DNA of 63,480 bases, filler included, from Choristocarpus tenellus KU-1152 (lineage: Eukaryota; Protista; Phaeophyceae): assembly GCA_964200185.2 (NCBI GenBank). It is 8 parts of 8 records of this genome, joined end to end, with 100 filler letters (N's around TTAATTAATTAA, not from the genome) between each part and the next. Parts side by side here need not be neighbours in the genome. Positions count along the whole stretch, not along the records: positions 8,428 to 25,929 come from CAXNAD020000666.1; 7 more parts are not named here. The stretch is one strand, 5' to 3'. Position numbers and translations under genes: made by a program. The notes under the pieces were generated by a model. That model searched no databases. It was given only the letters and a program-made list of their open reading frames with translations, and was not told the origin of the DNA. This document shows positions 12,288-24,485 of this stretch, one piece after another (positions within the stretch are counted from its first letter, which is position 1; every line of letters begins with the position of its first letter).

Positions 12288-15200
12288 AGGTGCCTTGCCA
12301 CCTCGATTGTACTGTATTTGATTTTGCGTACAAGTTTGGGGGGTGGGAGGGAAGGGGTGGGGATTGTTGCTGTGGTTGGGGAAAGGAAAGGAAAGGGCGG
12401 AAAGGGTGGAGAGTACTGCCTTCTCCAGGGAGGACACCAAATTCCCCTTTCAGTCTTGGGCCTGCCCTCAGGAAGTTGTTACCCTGAAATGAAAGGGAGG
12501 GGGGATGGGTTGATTTTGCTGTTTAGTGTCCAAATGTGGGATAACACACTCCTCAAGGGTGTACTTGGAAATGTCCTGATTTTTGTATTGGTATGAAGGT
12601 TGCTTTAGGTTGAAAGGAAGAGGAGAAATGACATGGGGGACTGGAAGGGCTAACAGATGAGGGTGTGGGGAGGAGAGGGTAGGAGAGGCACAGGGTCAGG
12701 AACCAACTGACAAAGCAACTTCTACCAGATCTGGATGCAGTCAATTCTTACATCTCCTTCCACTTCTCACGGTCTGGCAACCTTTGCACATGCAATGGGA
12801 AAGATCATCTGGGAGGGGGTGAGTGTGCTGTTGTATGTATGTACTATACGTGTGTATGAGTGAGTCTGTGCTCCAGTACATGGAAGGCGAGTACAGATAC
12901 TGATGGGGAAGAGGTCCTGTGTGGAGTTGACCGGTGAAGGGGTTGGAAAATGAGGCACAAAAGCATATATATTGGTGGAGGGTGCACATATGATTGGAGT
13001 GGACATATTTTGGGCTCCAGTCACTGCAGTTTGCCATCATCTGCTACCATCTTGCAAGGGAACCATTTTCTTGGGGCGAGCAGCTGGAGGCAGGGGCTGA
13101 AGGTGAGAGGTGGAGATCGAAGGAGATGATGTATCGGAGGAGGTGGACGAGAGGGGTGAGGGACTTGGGCACTTTATTGATCCTTGGCTTCTGAAATTGT
13201 AGGATCCACCGCATCATGGTCCTGCCCTACCCATTGATGGCTGTTTTCTGGTACATGTTGTATGGGTGAACCTATTGGGACCAGAGGAGGGCTGTGTACT
13301 GCTTCCTATGATGGTGTTGGGATTGCTCGATCTCATCTGCCCAACCTGATTCATGCATGGGGGGTCTGCTAGCTGCTGATTGATCAATCTCCTTGTCAGC
13401 GGAAGAATTTTTTTACTTCTCTGCCCTCGCACCCAGGGCTGCCAATCTGCTGGTGCAGGTGTCGGGATTGAATTTCTGGGACAGATAAGATGTGCCTTCC
13501 AACAGGACTTTGCTTTCAATGCTTCATGGGCCATGCCAACCTAAGGAATGTGGTGCTTCTTAGGGGCAGCGGTAAGGCGATAGTGGTCAACGTGAGGATC
13601 AATTGTGAAACAGTCTTCATCAGCATCAGGAGAGAGGTTCAAGTTGGCTTTCACGTGATGTGGTACTCCTTACCACCTGAGGGATCATTCCTCCTCTTTG
13701 AAGAGGGGAATTCTTGGTAAGGTGGAGAAGGAGGACCTTGTTGGTGGGAAATCGAGCATCTGTTACACTTTGTGTGTTCGTTTGAATATTGTCAAGGGGC
13801 ATGTCAGCCCACACTCCAGTCCTATCAAGGGTAGACAAGAAGGCTCAAGAAAGGATTGCAGGCCGCCCTTTTGTGCCATGGGAATCGCTTCACATCCCCA
13901 GAAAACATTTTTTTTTGTGTGTATGGACCTCACTGGAGGTAGGGTAGGGAAGGTGGGGCTGGGGGACTGCTGGGGTAGCGGTTCTCAAAGGCCAATCCCA
14001 AGAGGTGCATCAGTCAATTCTGTGGTCAAACTGCATGGATAGAGGTTGTCTAGTTGCTGTTGGTTTTGAGATCACCTAGTCTGCCACCATTAAGGCCCAA
14101 TATCATGGGGACCGCAGTTGTCTCACTACTCTTCCAGGGAAGGCGATATAGGTTTGGTGGGAGGAGGGGGCGGAGCTCTGGCACTGAGGAGTGTGCTTGA
14201 GCTTCACGCCATCATGATAGGCAAGCCTCATCTTCTGGGAATGTGTTTCATCTCTCAATTGGAGAGGGTATGGGTGACCCTGAGGATTGGAGATGGAGTG
14301 TCTCTCTATGTGTGTTGGGGAGTTGGGCACATCAGCCTCTTCTCCTGACTTGTGAGGGGAGAGGCTCATCTACATGTTAGAGAAAGATGTTGTGAGGCTT
14401 ATCAGCCTTTCCTCCTGGGCTGTGGGAGGAGAGGTAGCAAATTGGGCAGGTGTTGAGCAGCTGCATTCCACACAAGAACTCTGACACCTGGGAAGGCCAT
14501 ATTTTTGGTCAGAGGGTAGAGTTTTGGGTGAGAGACTGGCGGGGGCCATGAGTGAGAGGTGATGTCGATGTTCAAGGTCTTGTGCAAGGGGTTCATCAGG
14601 TGATATTGTGATATTGATGTTGCTGTATGGGTAGAGTGGCGACAAGCAGGCCATCAAGTCCTCTTCGTCAGGTATTTGTGCCTCCGCACCTCTCTGTGGC
14701 CTTGGACAGACTACCTTTCACAGTATCTGGTGCTTGTTGGGACTTCTTTGGCAGGGACCACAGTGTGTCTGTTGATTCTGGATTGCTGTGGGCTTAAGAT
14801 GCCCCAAGTACCCCAGGCGCGTATATTTCTTTGAGGCTCTGTGATGTTACGGGATCCAGAGTCAAGAGTGTTGTACTTGAGGCATGGTTGACCGGCATCA
14901 ATTCCAGGCAAGGTGGGATGCATGCTGGGTCAAGTGGTAGTGTGGAGGGGGATGCCTGGCATTGACACCGCTAGGTTACTCTTGTCATGTGGGAAGGTCT
15001 TTGTTTTTTGTGATGGGACTGGTTCACAGTGGGTGTGAGAGGAACACCATCAATGCTATGTTCTCATCTGGAGGGAGAATCCACAGTGAAGGAATTGAGG
15101 ACAATGGCTAGGGTGGAATGGTGGAGATCTGGAGAAGAGGATTCCTCATACGTATGTTTGGTGTGACTGTGGGGTGCATGGAAGTCTCCATGTTTACTTG

Positions 15201-15913
15201 TGTGGATTGGAGAGGCGTTTTGGTTGTTGTTCATCCGACCTTTTTGGACAAAGCATGTGTCACTTTGAACTATCTCCCACTACGACTGCCAACTGCCAGG
15301 CATATGAATGTGGGTTGATCTGATGGAACCAGGGGGGGCTTGTTTGGTCTACTATTTATTTTATTGTGATGTATTTGTGATTACCCAGCCAACTACTGGG
15401 GGTCCCTCTAAGCAGAGATATATGGGAACTGCAGTCAGGGATGTTGCACAAGAGAATTCTTCAACCCACAGTTCTTCAAGGGGAGTAGATTTAGGGAGAG
15501 TGCTGACACTGTCAGATATTCCTTGTCTCTTAGCAAGGTGTTTTTTCCATTCTCATAGAGGGAGGGTTTCTGCAGTCTTGGAGGGGGGCCCTGGGAGTGG
15601 TCGCATGTTTTGCTACTCCTCTGCTTCTGTTTGTAATCCCCCAATCGACCAAAGGGGGTATATTGTTATGTTTGTTGCACGAGAGGAAGTTTCAGCATAC
15701 TTGAGGTGAGTCAGACAATGTGCTGAGGAAAGAATGAGATCATGTGCATTCAGATCGCAGTCATTGATCATACTCTGGCATGGCATTGTTCTCGTGAGGG
15801 GTGGGGTGGGTGGGTGGGCGCTGGGGGAGGTGTGCANNNNNNNNNNGGGGAAGAAAAAATGAGGGTTTCGTCAATTTCCCCCTGCGTGATTTTTCTACCC
15901 GCGGGGGTTTTTT

Positions 15914-15948
<35 letters not shown>

Positions 15949-16247
15949 GCTGGGGGAGGTGTGCAGGGATAGTTGACAGCTCCAGAAAGGCATGGCCTTA
16001 CTTGTATGAAGGAGTTTCCTGTAGCCCAGTGGCTCGTGTATCAATACCTTTGGGTGTACGTTGGCACCATTGCCAAATCTCAACAAGATGTACCTGCTGT
16101 TGGATGTTTGGAGGGTTCATCTGTTAGGTTAAGATGATGTAAGGTGTGCTGCCCATGACTTGTCAAGTGTAATCAAGGGGCTCCCCTCCTGTGTGGGAAA
16201 TGGAACTGTTGTGTCATGGAGGGGGAAAGACACTACGAGGTTTGTTC

Positions 16248-16278
<31 letters not shown>

Positions 16279-19088
16279 TGAGGAGGGGGTGCCACAACCT
16301 GTGGGTACGTACAGGTGGGCCCAGGAGAGGGAAGAGGATGCAGTACAGCTCTTGGGAAGAGGTATTGTTGGGAGGGAGGGGCAGGAATGAATGTGGACTA
16401 GCCCACAAGATCCTCATTGTGAGAAGGACACAATTTCATGTTTCTTGTTGACCGTACCAGATACCGCATCTGATGCTGGACGAATTTTATCCTACATGGT
16501 GGTGGCTCCAAGTATCCAAAGCAGTCTCGTCACCTGATGAATAGTTGAAGAGAAGGCAGTGGACAGGGGTGGACAGGATCTCGGAGAGGACCCGCCAGAG
16601 ATTATAGGGGAAGGGTGACCTCCTATTGAAGTTTTATTTTGCAGAAGGGCAAGCTGACCTTTGGACGAGGCTTGGGCTTGGGGGTAGCTGTAGAGTATGT
16701 GAGGTTTTTTGTAAAGAAGTGCATCAGGCACTCTACCTGATCCTAACCTGGGGATGGCGAGTGGAGCAATCTTGTTTGACAGGCAAGTAAATTGCAGTGA
16801 TTGTTTTGGGGGAGGCGACGGAGAACCTCCCTTGGCTCGGATGTGACCGCAGAATACTGTATGATGGAGGAAAATCTTGCAGGTGAAGATGCCTTGTGAG
16901 TCTTGGGCAAGAGATTGCCAAACATCCTTTGCCCCCAAGGGTGTCCTGTTGATATATTTATAGCCGGCCGATCATACTGCTTTAGACCGACAAAGAAGAC
17001 AAGTTCATCACCAGACCTGCACCTGGAGTACTTGTTGTGATTGGAGGTGGGGCAGACAGCTACGATGAGTGACAAACAGGCTATATGGAGAGGCTACAGA
17101 TGGGGAAACTGATCAAAACCCAGGCTAGGCTTGGTAGCAAACTCTACACAATATGGGTGTTACCCATAGGTCACCATAGGGAGAGGTTTGGTGAAGGAAG
17201 GAGGGCTTACTCAGGAGAGGGAAGTGGGAGACTATGCTGCATTCAACAGGCTTGTTCTGTAGGGAAATACATCATGCAAATGCAGAGACCATGGTAGTAG
17301 GTCAGAATGCAACACATCAGCTCCCAAAGCTGCATTGACTGGCTTGGTCTTCTAGGAAATGGGGGACTCCAGGGTCAGAGGGCGGTATCAACTTTCCAGT
17401 GTACAGACAGCTCTGATGAAAATTGATACAATAGGCTGTTTGATCAAAGCCGGTGCCATCTGGAAGACTTCAAATCTGGAATGCAGGAAAGTCTATGAAA
17501 AATTAAGCTCAAAGACTCTTGGCCAGGGATGAGGAGCAAGGGGGGTAAGGAGATGCAAGAAACTGGAGAACCTACATGCAGCAGAGTGCCTAAAATCGAC
17601 TCATCAATGGATGGTGAGTAACTTGTCCTTGTATGATGTACTTCCCTTCTTTATGTTCACATTGACTGGGGCTGTGAACAGACTTTGCCAGTTCCGATGT
17701 TCTTGGATTGTTTCCTTTGCTTGAATGTCACCACATTCTCTTGGAGCTGGGTTCTATACAGCGCTCAACATTGTTATTCTTTGACCTTCACCAACATCAA
17801 GTTATCTCTTCCTTGTGTTATTTGTTGATGATGTTCTTGTTTGCTACACAGTAATGTTTTGTACTTGGTAGTGAAAGATGTGAAAGATGTTCACGACTAA
17901 CTACTACATGATAAATGACGCTGTAGTTCGATTTTTTTTGTAATAATGAAGGAAGGGCTAAATGTGAGGCACACTAAAGAGGTGGCCTGTGTAGATGGGT
18001 AAGGAATAGTACGGAGAGGGTGTGAAAGGGTAGCTAACAGAAGGTCTTTTTTGGACAGGTCTCTAAATGCGTGGATGATGTTCCTGCTTCAAATGTAGCA
18101 CCCCAGAGAAGTAGTAGCTTATGGCGCTTTAGATACATTGCCACTATCTCGGTCACTTGTAGCATTCACTCTTCCACTGTACTCCCAAAAACAACTTTTG
18201 CAGACTCTATGGTGATTTTCTATAGTATGGTTTAAGTGGACTCCTCAAAACTTTTCATTTATAGCCCAGTCCCATCTCTCTCTCCGCCCTCCTGTTATTC
18301 GTGATCGCAACCTCAACTACAGTAATAGCACATCGCGTTCCCAATGCAGGTGGCAATAGTGGGCACATGCACAGGAATCGTCAAGTTAGCACTATGTGTC
18401 ATTTGCCACTGCTGCGAGTACACAAGGGATACACATTGTTGTAGTGGAACATAGCGGGGGCAGGCTATGGAACGTAGAAATCACTGAGTTGTCAATGTTA
18501 TACAGTGATACAGTGATAGGACTATGGGTAGCATAGAGTCCACAGGTTTGTTACCTGAGAGTGGTAAGGTGGAAGGGTAGTGAGTGAGGGAGCATCAAGC
18601 GTAGGGGGGCAGACAAAGTTCGCGTCGTTTGTGTCCAGGAGATAGCCTTGTGGATAGATTCCACCGGGTCAGAGACAGGTAGAATGACACTCAGCACTTG
18701 GCAGTTATATACTGTGGTGATTTTACTGTTGGAAGTAAGTTTACTTGAATTTTGAAAGACACGGTCATTAGGTGCAGGAGAGAGGCAGTTGAAAATATTG
18801 AGAGGAGGAATACTCAAGGTGTGATGGGAGTAAATATGGCAAGCAATGTGACAAGGACAGGGGTATCAGGCAATGGCAGCTAAGATATAGTGGAGAGAGA
18901 GAGGTAGAGCAGATATAGACTCCGAGCCAAGGTAGACAATGGGAGGAGGTTAGGAAGAGAGTTTCACGCTGGTGACAGGACCAGCAGTGACTATAGCAAT
19001 GGAAAAAAATAGAGAGGAGCAATTGAGAAGAACGGCAACAGTGACAAAAGACTGATTAGACAGATTTAAGAGTAAAGCGATGTGAGTG

Positions 19089-19749
19089 GATGTGCACAGG
19101 GAGATGGTCATGTAAGGAGGGGTGGCAAGACGAGGAGATGGAGATGGAGCAAGGACAGCAGGACATAAGGACATTTAAAAGAACAAGGCCTTGGGCTTGT
19201 GTGGAGTCCTGCAAGGCCTGGTTGGACGTCAAGCAAAGGTATTTTGTTGACACAGGAGTCTCTCTACTTCCCTGCAACACACTATCCAAAGACCCTCATC
19301 ATCCTACCTGAGAGTTCATTCCCCATCTATATTGGTCAACTAGATTTTCTTCTTTTTGTTCTGCCTTCCCCCATATCCCTATTTCTACTTGGTCCTGTAT
19401 TGTGTTGCAGTGAATAGAGATGCGTGTACAGGGAGATGGTCATGAGAGTAGGGGTGGCAAGACGTGGAGATGGAGATGGAGCAAGGACAGCAGGATATGA
19501 GGACATTTTAAGGAACAAGGCCTTGGGCTTGTGTGGAGTCCTGCAAGGCCTGGTTGGACGTCAAGCGAAGGTATTTTATTGACACAGGAGTCTCTCTACT
19601 TCCCTGCAACACACTATCCAAAATTGCTGATCATCCTACCTAAGAGTTCATTCTCCATCTATATTTTGGCCAACCAGAGTGTGCTTCTTTGTGTTCTGCC
19701 TTCCCCCATATCCCTATTTCTACTTGGTCCTGTATTGTGTTGTAGTGAA
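19089..19749. repeat. Tandem duplication, two copies, period about 332 bp
   Basis: 19089-19414 aligns with 19419-19749; paralogous ORFs start at 19199 and 19531. Confidence 0.92.
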
Positions 19750-20277
19750 CCAAGAGATTGAAGTATCGTACTCTTGCAGGCTTGATTGATGTGGTTTATG
19801 AAAGGTGATATATTGGTCTGCTTTTGCATACTGGATGCCAGGGGTGCAAACCCTTCCCCTCTCCCAAATAGCTAGCCCTTTTAGGTTCCAATGTTGATAT
19901 GTTTCCTCCTCTTCATTCTTCCTGGAATGGGTTGTATGCCTTACACCCAGTCTTACTTCTCATTTCTAGGCACAAATTTGAGCTGCGATTCGATTCCTGT
20001 GTAGTAGCCCATATATACATTTTAAAATACATAATCAACTACTGCAATCCCTCTGAACTAGACGTTCATTGCTGCCAGCGATAATTCTTGATCCCTGAGG
20101 ACGGCCTGCATAGATCACAACAACAATTTCCCCCTCCTAACAATGCAGGCAGAGCTGTGCAAGAGTGATCTTTGCTTTCCAGCATAACTAGCGATATTTT
20201 GCGTGACAGCTAATGACTGCATTTCAATTCGTTAGGAATCACTGCTGTAGCAGTATGAAGTGTTTCCTCCTTCACAC

Positions 20278-20830
20278 GGTTATCCTTCCTCTTCTAAGGC
20301 TTTGACAACTTTTGGCAGGTGGCACAAGGTATGCACCAATGTCATGCACTAGGAGATGTCAAGAAGATGATAGATATCAGTGAGTGAGCTCCAGTGCATC
20401 ATCTCTTAGGAGGGAAACAACAATGAAAATGTGATATCTGAACACTGTAGCAAGACTGGTGCAATGAAAAAATGCACCCATCACTATACAGGATCAGATT
20501 AGGCTCTTCAGAAGTCCAATCGAAGCACACCATACAGACCTGTGGCAAACAAAACCAAACCATTATTGGTCTGTATGACATGCTTCGATTGGACTTCTGA
20601 AGAGCCCAACTTGATCATGTACTGTGATGGGTGCAACCTTTGATTGCACCAGTCCTGCTACGGTGTTCACGGATCACATTGTCATTGTTGGTTCCCTCCT
20701 AAGAGATGGTGCACTGGAGCTCAAGCACTGCAATCTATCATCTTCTTCGCATCTCCTAGCGCACGGCATTGGTGCATACCTTGTGCCACCTGCCAAAAGT
20801 TGTCAAAGCCTTAGAAGAGGAAGGATAACC
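20278..20830. repeat. Long imperfect inverted repeat (arms 20278-20540 and 20568-20830, 27-nt loop)
   Basis: ggttatccttcctcttctaaggctttgacaacttttggcaggtggcacaaggtatgcaccaatg has its reverse complement at the right end; ctcttcagaagtccaatcgaagca pairs with tgcttcgattggacttctgaagag. Confidence 0.95.
20569..20668 (+). pseudogene. PHD-finger fragment (BRPF/JADE/AF10-type first PHD), with a mirror copy on the - strand
   Basis: VCMTCFDWTSEEPNLIMYCDGCNL*LHQSCYGV has an in-frame TGA; the mirror copy VCMVCFDWTSEEPNLILYSDGCIFSLHQSCYSV has lost a Cys. Confidence 0.75.
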
Positions 20831-23817
20831 CTTGAAGAATCTATTAGAGGTGATGAGAGCCTTCTTGTTCTGTTTGCTGCATATCTTTCCAAATTGCAAG
20901 TGAAGAATGGTGATGTCGAGCCACTTTTGATTGATTGTAGGAGAGTCATGCCTCTTTCCACTTTTTTGATATTGTAGTGGCATAGCGATGCAGACCTCAT
21001 TAGTGGCAATTGAGAAGGTCTTATTGAAATGTGTCTATTTCTTATCTCTCGAAATGGTGTCGATACTCAGGAGTAGGTGGTTATACTTACTTCAGATTTC
21101 GCACGATGGTTTCTAAGACTGTGTTTCCTTACTTGTTTACAAATTCTCCCTTCACATGAACGTTTCTGCTTTTGTTTTCCAAGTACATTATTATGAGAGA
21201 GGGAAGACCTATTTCTTCACAATGTGTAAAGGATAGTAGTGCAATCTTCTCCAATTCCTTCCTCTGTGCTCAGTAGTGAAGATGTGGTCTCTCTGCCTAT
21301 ATCCTTGTATGCAAAAGCAAGGTGCATTGTCTAACCAGTAATTGTTTGTCTCTCCTGACCTTCGAAGGTGCACCCTCAATGATTCATGGACCTGCATCGG
21401 TGACCAAAGTGTATTGCCAAGCTTATCCGTTGTGAAAGGGATGTGAGAGGGGTATATATGAGAGGAGGAATGAGCAACACAGCATTAGCACACCCCTATA
21501 TGACCTGGTGTGCAATTAGTCATGCTGTATACCACTCCCTGTTGTACTTAGTAATGGTGTTGAACTACAGCACAGCCACACCTTGAGTGAAGGCAGGGGT
21601 GCTGTGTGCCTTAAGTGTGCAGTAGGCTAGGTACTTCCTGCGGAGGGAAAGGCCTGATTATCTATTTCTAGTGTTGTTTGATTGATTGATTGGTTTGCTG
21701 TTGCGATGGACTTTGCGCCTAGGCGTGTTCATTCAGTTTAGTGAGTTTAGTCAGTGGCAATTTATCTATATTTTTTCTATTTTTTTCATGTGCAAGTAAT
21801 TGGTAATGTTTACTCTGGCACACTTTATTGGTAGTTCTTGTATTTTCTTATTTTTTGTGACTTGTGCGCTTATCTGAGACCTATGTACCATACACAAACA
21901 AATGTGAATTCCAGTACAGTTCCTCGTACAGTTCTGACTTGATGTACATTTTAGACTCGAGACTTGAGGTCCCAGCAGTAGGGGAGCGGACACAACTTGT
22001 CATTTTCTTTGTTACGTAAGAGCAGAAGATTGTGTGACTTGGATGGTAATTTTGTTCCTGTGGTTCTTTTCACTGAGAATCTTGCTCATCGAGTGTAAAA
22101 AGTAATCCAGAATCACAAATTTCTATTAACTTGGTAATACTTGGCAATACTTGAACTAATATACTGTATTTGGATGTGAACACTCAGAATTTCGCTGAAG
22201 GAGTGTTTTTGTCCTTTCCTCTCCTTTGTTGAAGAATTAGTGAGCTGTATTAAATGAATTCTGCATGACACACAATGGAGATTTGTAGAGGTCGTTTTCT
22301 TTGTGTCTTGCTCATATGTTCTCTCCCTCTCCAATATGACTGTGTCTTTCACTTACCTCATCATTAACTGTGCATACCACTACTTACCGCTTAGAGGTAG
22401 GTCTGAGTCAAGCTAAACTAGAGGTGCCGAGAGTTGCATTTCAAGTTCCTGACTTATATGTCCAATAATTGACTTCTTTAGTTACATGCATGGGATAATT
22501 TGGGGGTTTTGTCAGAAGATGCTCGAACAATCGAGAAAAAAACGCTCTGGGGTCAATCTTAGAGCTTCATCCATAGAAACGTGGATGGATGAGATGAGAT
22601 TGAAAACAGAATTAAAATGCAGATCGAACTTAACCTGGTTACCTCTCGTTTACGTTGGTTCTGTAGAAATCTGAGAATACGACCAAATACGTGTAAGGAA
22701 CATGGCTTTGGCACGCAAGACTGTTACGGGAAACATTCTCTGTATATATTATCAGTTAGTTGCAGGCGATTTTTTTTTAGAAGTGTTGTTGGTTTGATCT
22801 GCTATCTTTCAACTATTTAACGTCTGAAACGATATTCCAGTATCTTTCCGTTGGAGGTTATGGGACAATTTGACACATGACTGGTGCCTCAGAACAAGAC
22901 GAATGTTTCAGTCCCATGAAAAATTAGAAATGCGTGGGACGGACGATAGAGAGGGGAAATTCGAGATGTGTGGATGAGGAGTTGTTTCGATAGATGTATC
23001 ACATATACATGGATTCCTGTTGTAACTGTCGTCATGCCGTTCGTACTCCTCTATATGCCCCTCTGGTGTACAGATAGATGCGGGCTGCATTATTTCGAAG
23101 TATTTTCGTACAATATGTAGGTTTGTGTTCAGACAAGAGTAGTGACCGCAATCGTGGGTGATTTTGTCGACTACCTTGCAATGAACACACTGCATTTATT
23201 TAGTGTTGATATGGGTCAACAAGCAGTCCAGTCAGTGTTTACTTCACAGGAATATAACAGGGCACCTTCCTTGAGGTCCACTCTTCCTTTCCTTTCCCTT
23301 TAGGATAAGTTCAGGTCTGTACGTTGTTATCCTCTCCTCCTAGAAGTTGTTCCAACTCGTCGTGATCAATGATGAGGATATGGGAAATTGCTTCTTTTTT
23401 TCTCATGACCTATTTTATAGTAGCACTTGGTTTTGTTGAGGAGACCTACAAAAAGTCATCCTAGATCAAGGCAGGGTGGTACATATATAGACCCTTTTTG
23501 AGGAATCCATGGTATTTGACATGCATTCCCCTCTACAATCCTACCTTTCATCTGTCGTCTCACCGACAAATGCAAATTAGTCAAGAATATAAGCCAATCT
23601 CTCAACAATCTTACCACAACAGTAGTAGAGTATAGTTGTATCTATGTGTGGTGGATGTTTCAAGAAAGATACAAGTTGGGAGTGGCGCGCTCGCGAGTAA
23701 ATCACTATAATTTCAATAATACATCTGACAAGACTGACCCATTGTCGAATCTAACCAACAGCGCTGCCTCCGAGACGTGTTGGGCTTTCTGGGAAAGTAG
23801 CTCATAGTTTGAGAGCC

Positions 23818-24091
23818 ATGTCAGGCATGATCTTTGTTGTGTTACTCTTGGTGGGCCCGCTGACAGCTCATGGCTTCACTGCGAGGTGTCCTGCAAGTGG
23901 ATCGAATTACGGTCTCTTCATGTCATCTCTTGAAGACCAAGGCAACACTTCCCCCGTTCTGTCCAGGAGGCATTTCCTGTCCCAAACTGTAACGGCTGTG
24001 GCCGCGATCGGTCTCTCGGGAGCACCAGTATCGGCCCTTGTAAAGGGGAACTCGCCACCGGCTGGCTACAACAAGGGTCGCGGAAATGGAG
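23818..24091 (+). CDS. Exon 1 of thylakoid-lumen FKBP-type peptidyl-prolyl isomerase (signal peptide, transit peptide, Tat signal)
   Basis: Hydrophobic signal ending AHG|F (ASAF-type), Ser-rich transit region, SRRHFL twin-arginine motif plus hydrophobic helix ending VSA|LVKGNSPP; phase-1 donor G|gttcga (exact donor uncertain). Confidence 0.75.
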
Positions 24092-24378
24092 GTTCGACAT
24101 TCCCTCATCTATTCAGTTGCCTTGCGATTCCGCTTCAGCACCCCTTTACTTTACTCCCTCAGCGCACATCTTTATTCATGGAACAGTCTTTTGGTTGAGC
24201 CGTTGCTTGAGTGCGATGAGTCACGGTTGATGTACGCCAACCTCAAGCGCGTAGTTATGTGTAGTTGAGCAGCCACTGGGTGTACCTCATCCATTATCTT
24301 TCCTCTTTTCATCTAGCCTCACTTCGGAATGCACTTGCGTCGCAAAACTTTTCGATACGTATGCATGTGAGCGGGTAG

Positions 24379-24485
24379 CTGTTGAAAAGGGGCCCGATTC
24401 TGATGAGCCGAGTGGAGAAGCAACGTTTGCTGTGACAAAGACTGGCGTGCGATATAAAGACATGCGAGTTGGGGCAGGGGCGGAG
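24379..24485 (+). CDS. Exon 2 of FKBP-like gene; later exons not found in this contig
   Basis: tag|CT phase 1 (weak acceptor), GAG|gtgaga donor; VTKTGVRYKDMRVGAGAE matches the FKBP N-terminal T.sGl.Y.Dl..G.G motif. Confidence 0.7.

Noticed and set aside
12400-17650. G-rich region with many short ORFs; an RPIILL*TD fragment near 16965 is reminiscent of LINE RT
   Set aside because: Too degenerate to assign by eye; needs BLASTX or RepeatMasker.
21885-23390. Possible minus-strand exons divergent from the FKBP gene (e.g. KMYIKSELYEELYWNSHLFVY)
   Set aside because: Could not build a phase-consistent model or recognise a domain.
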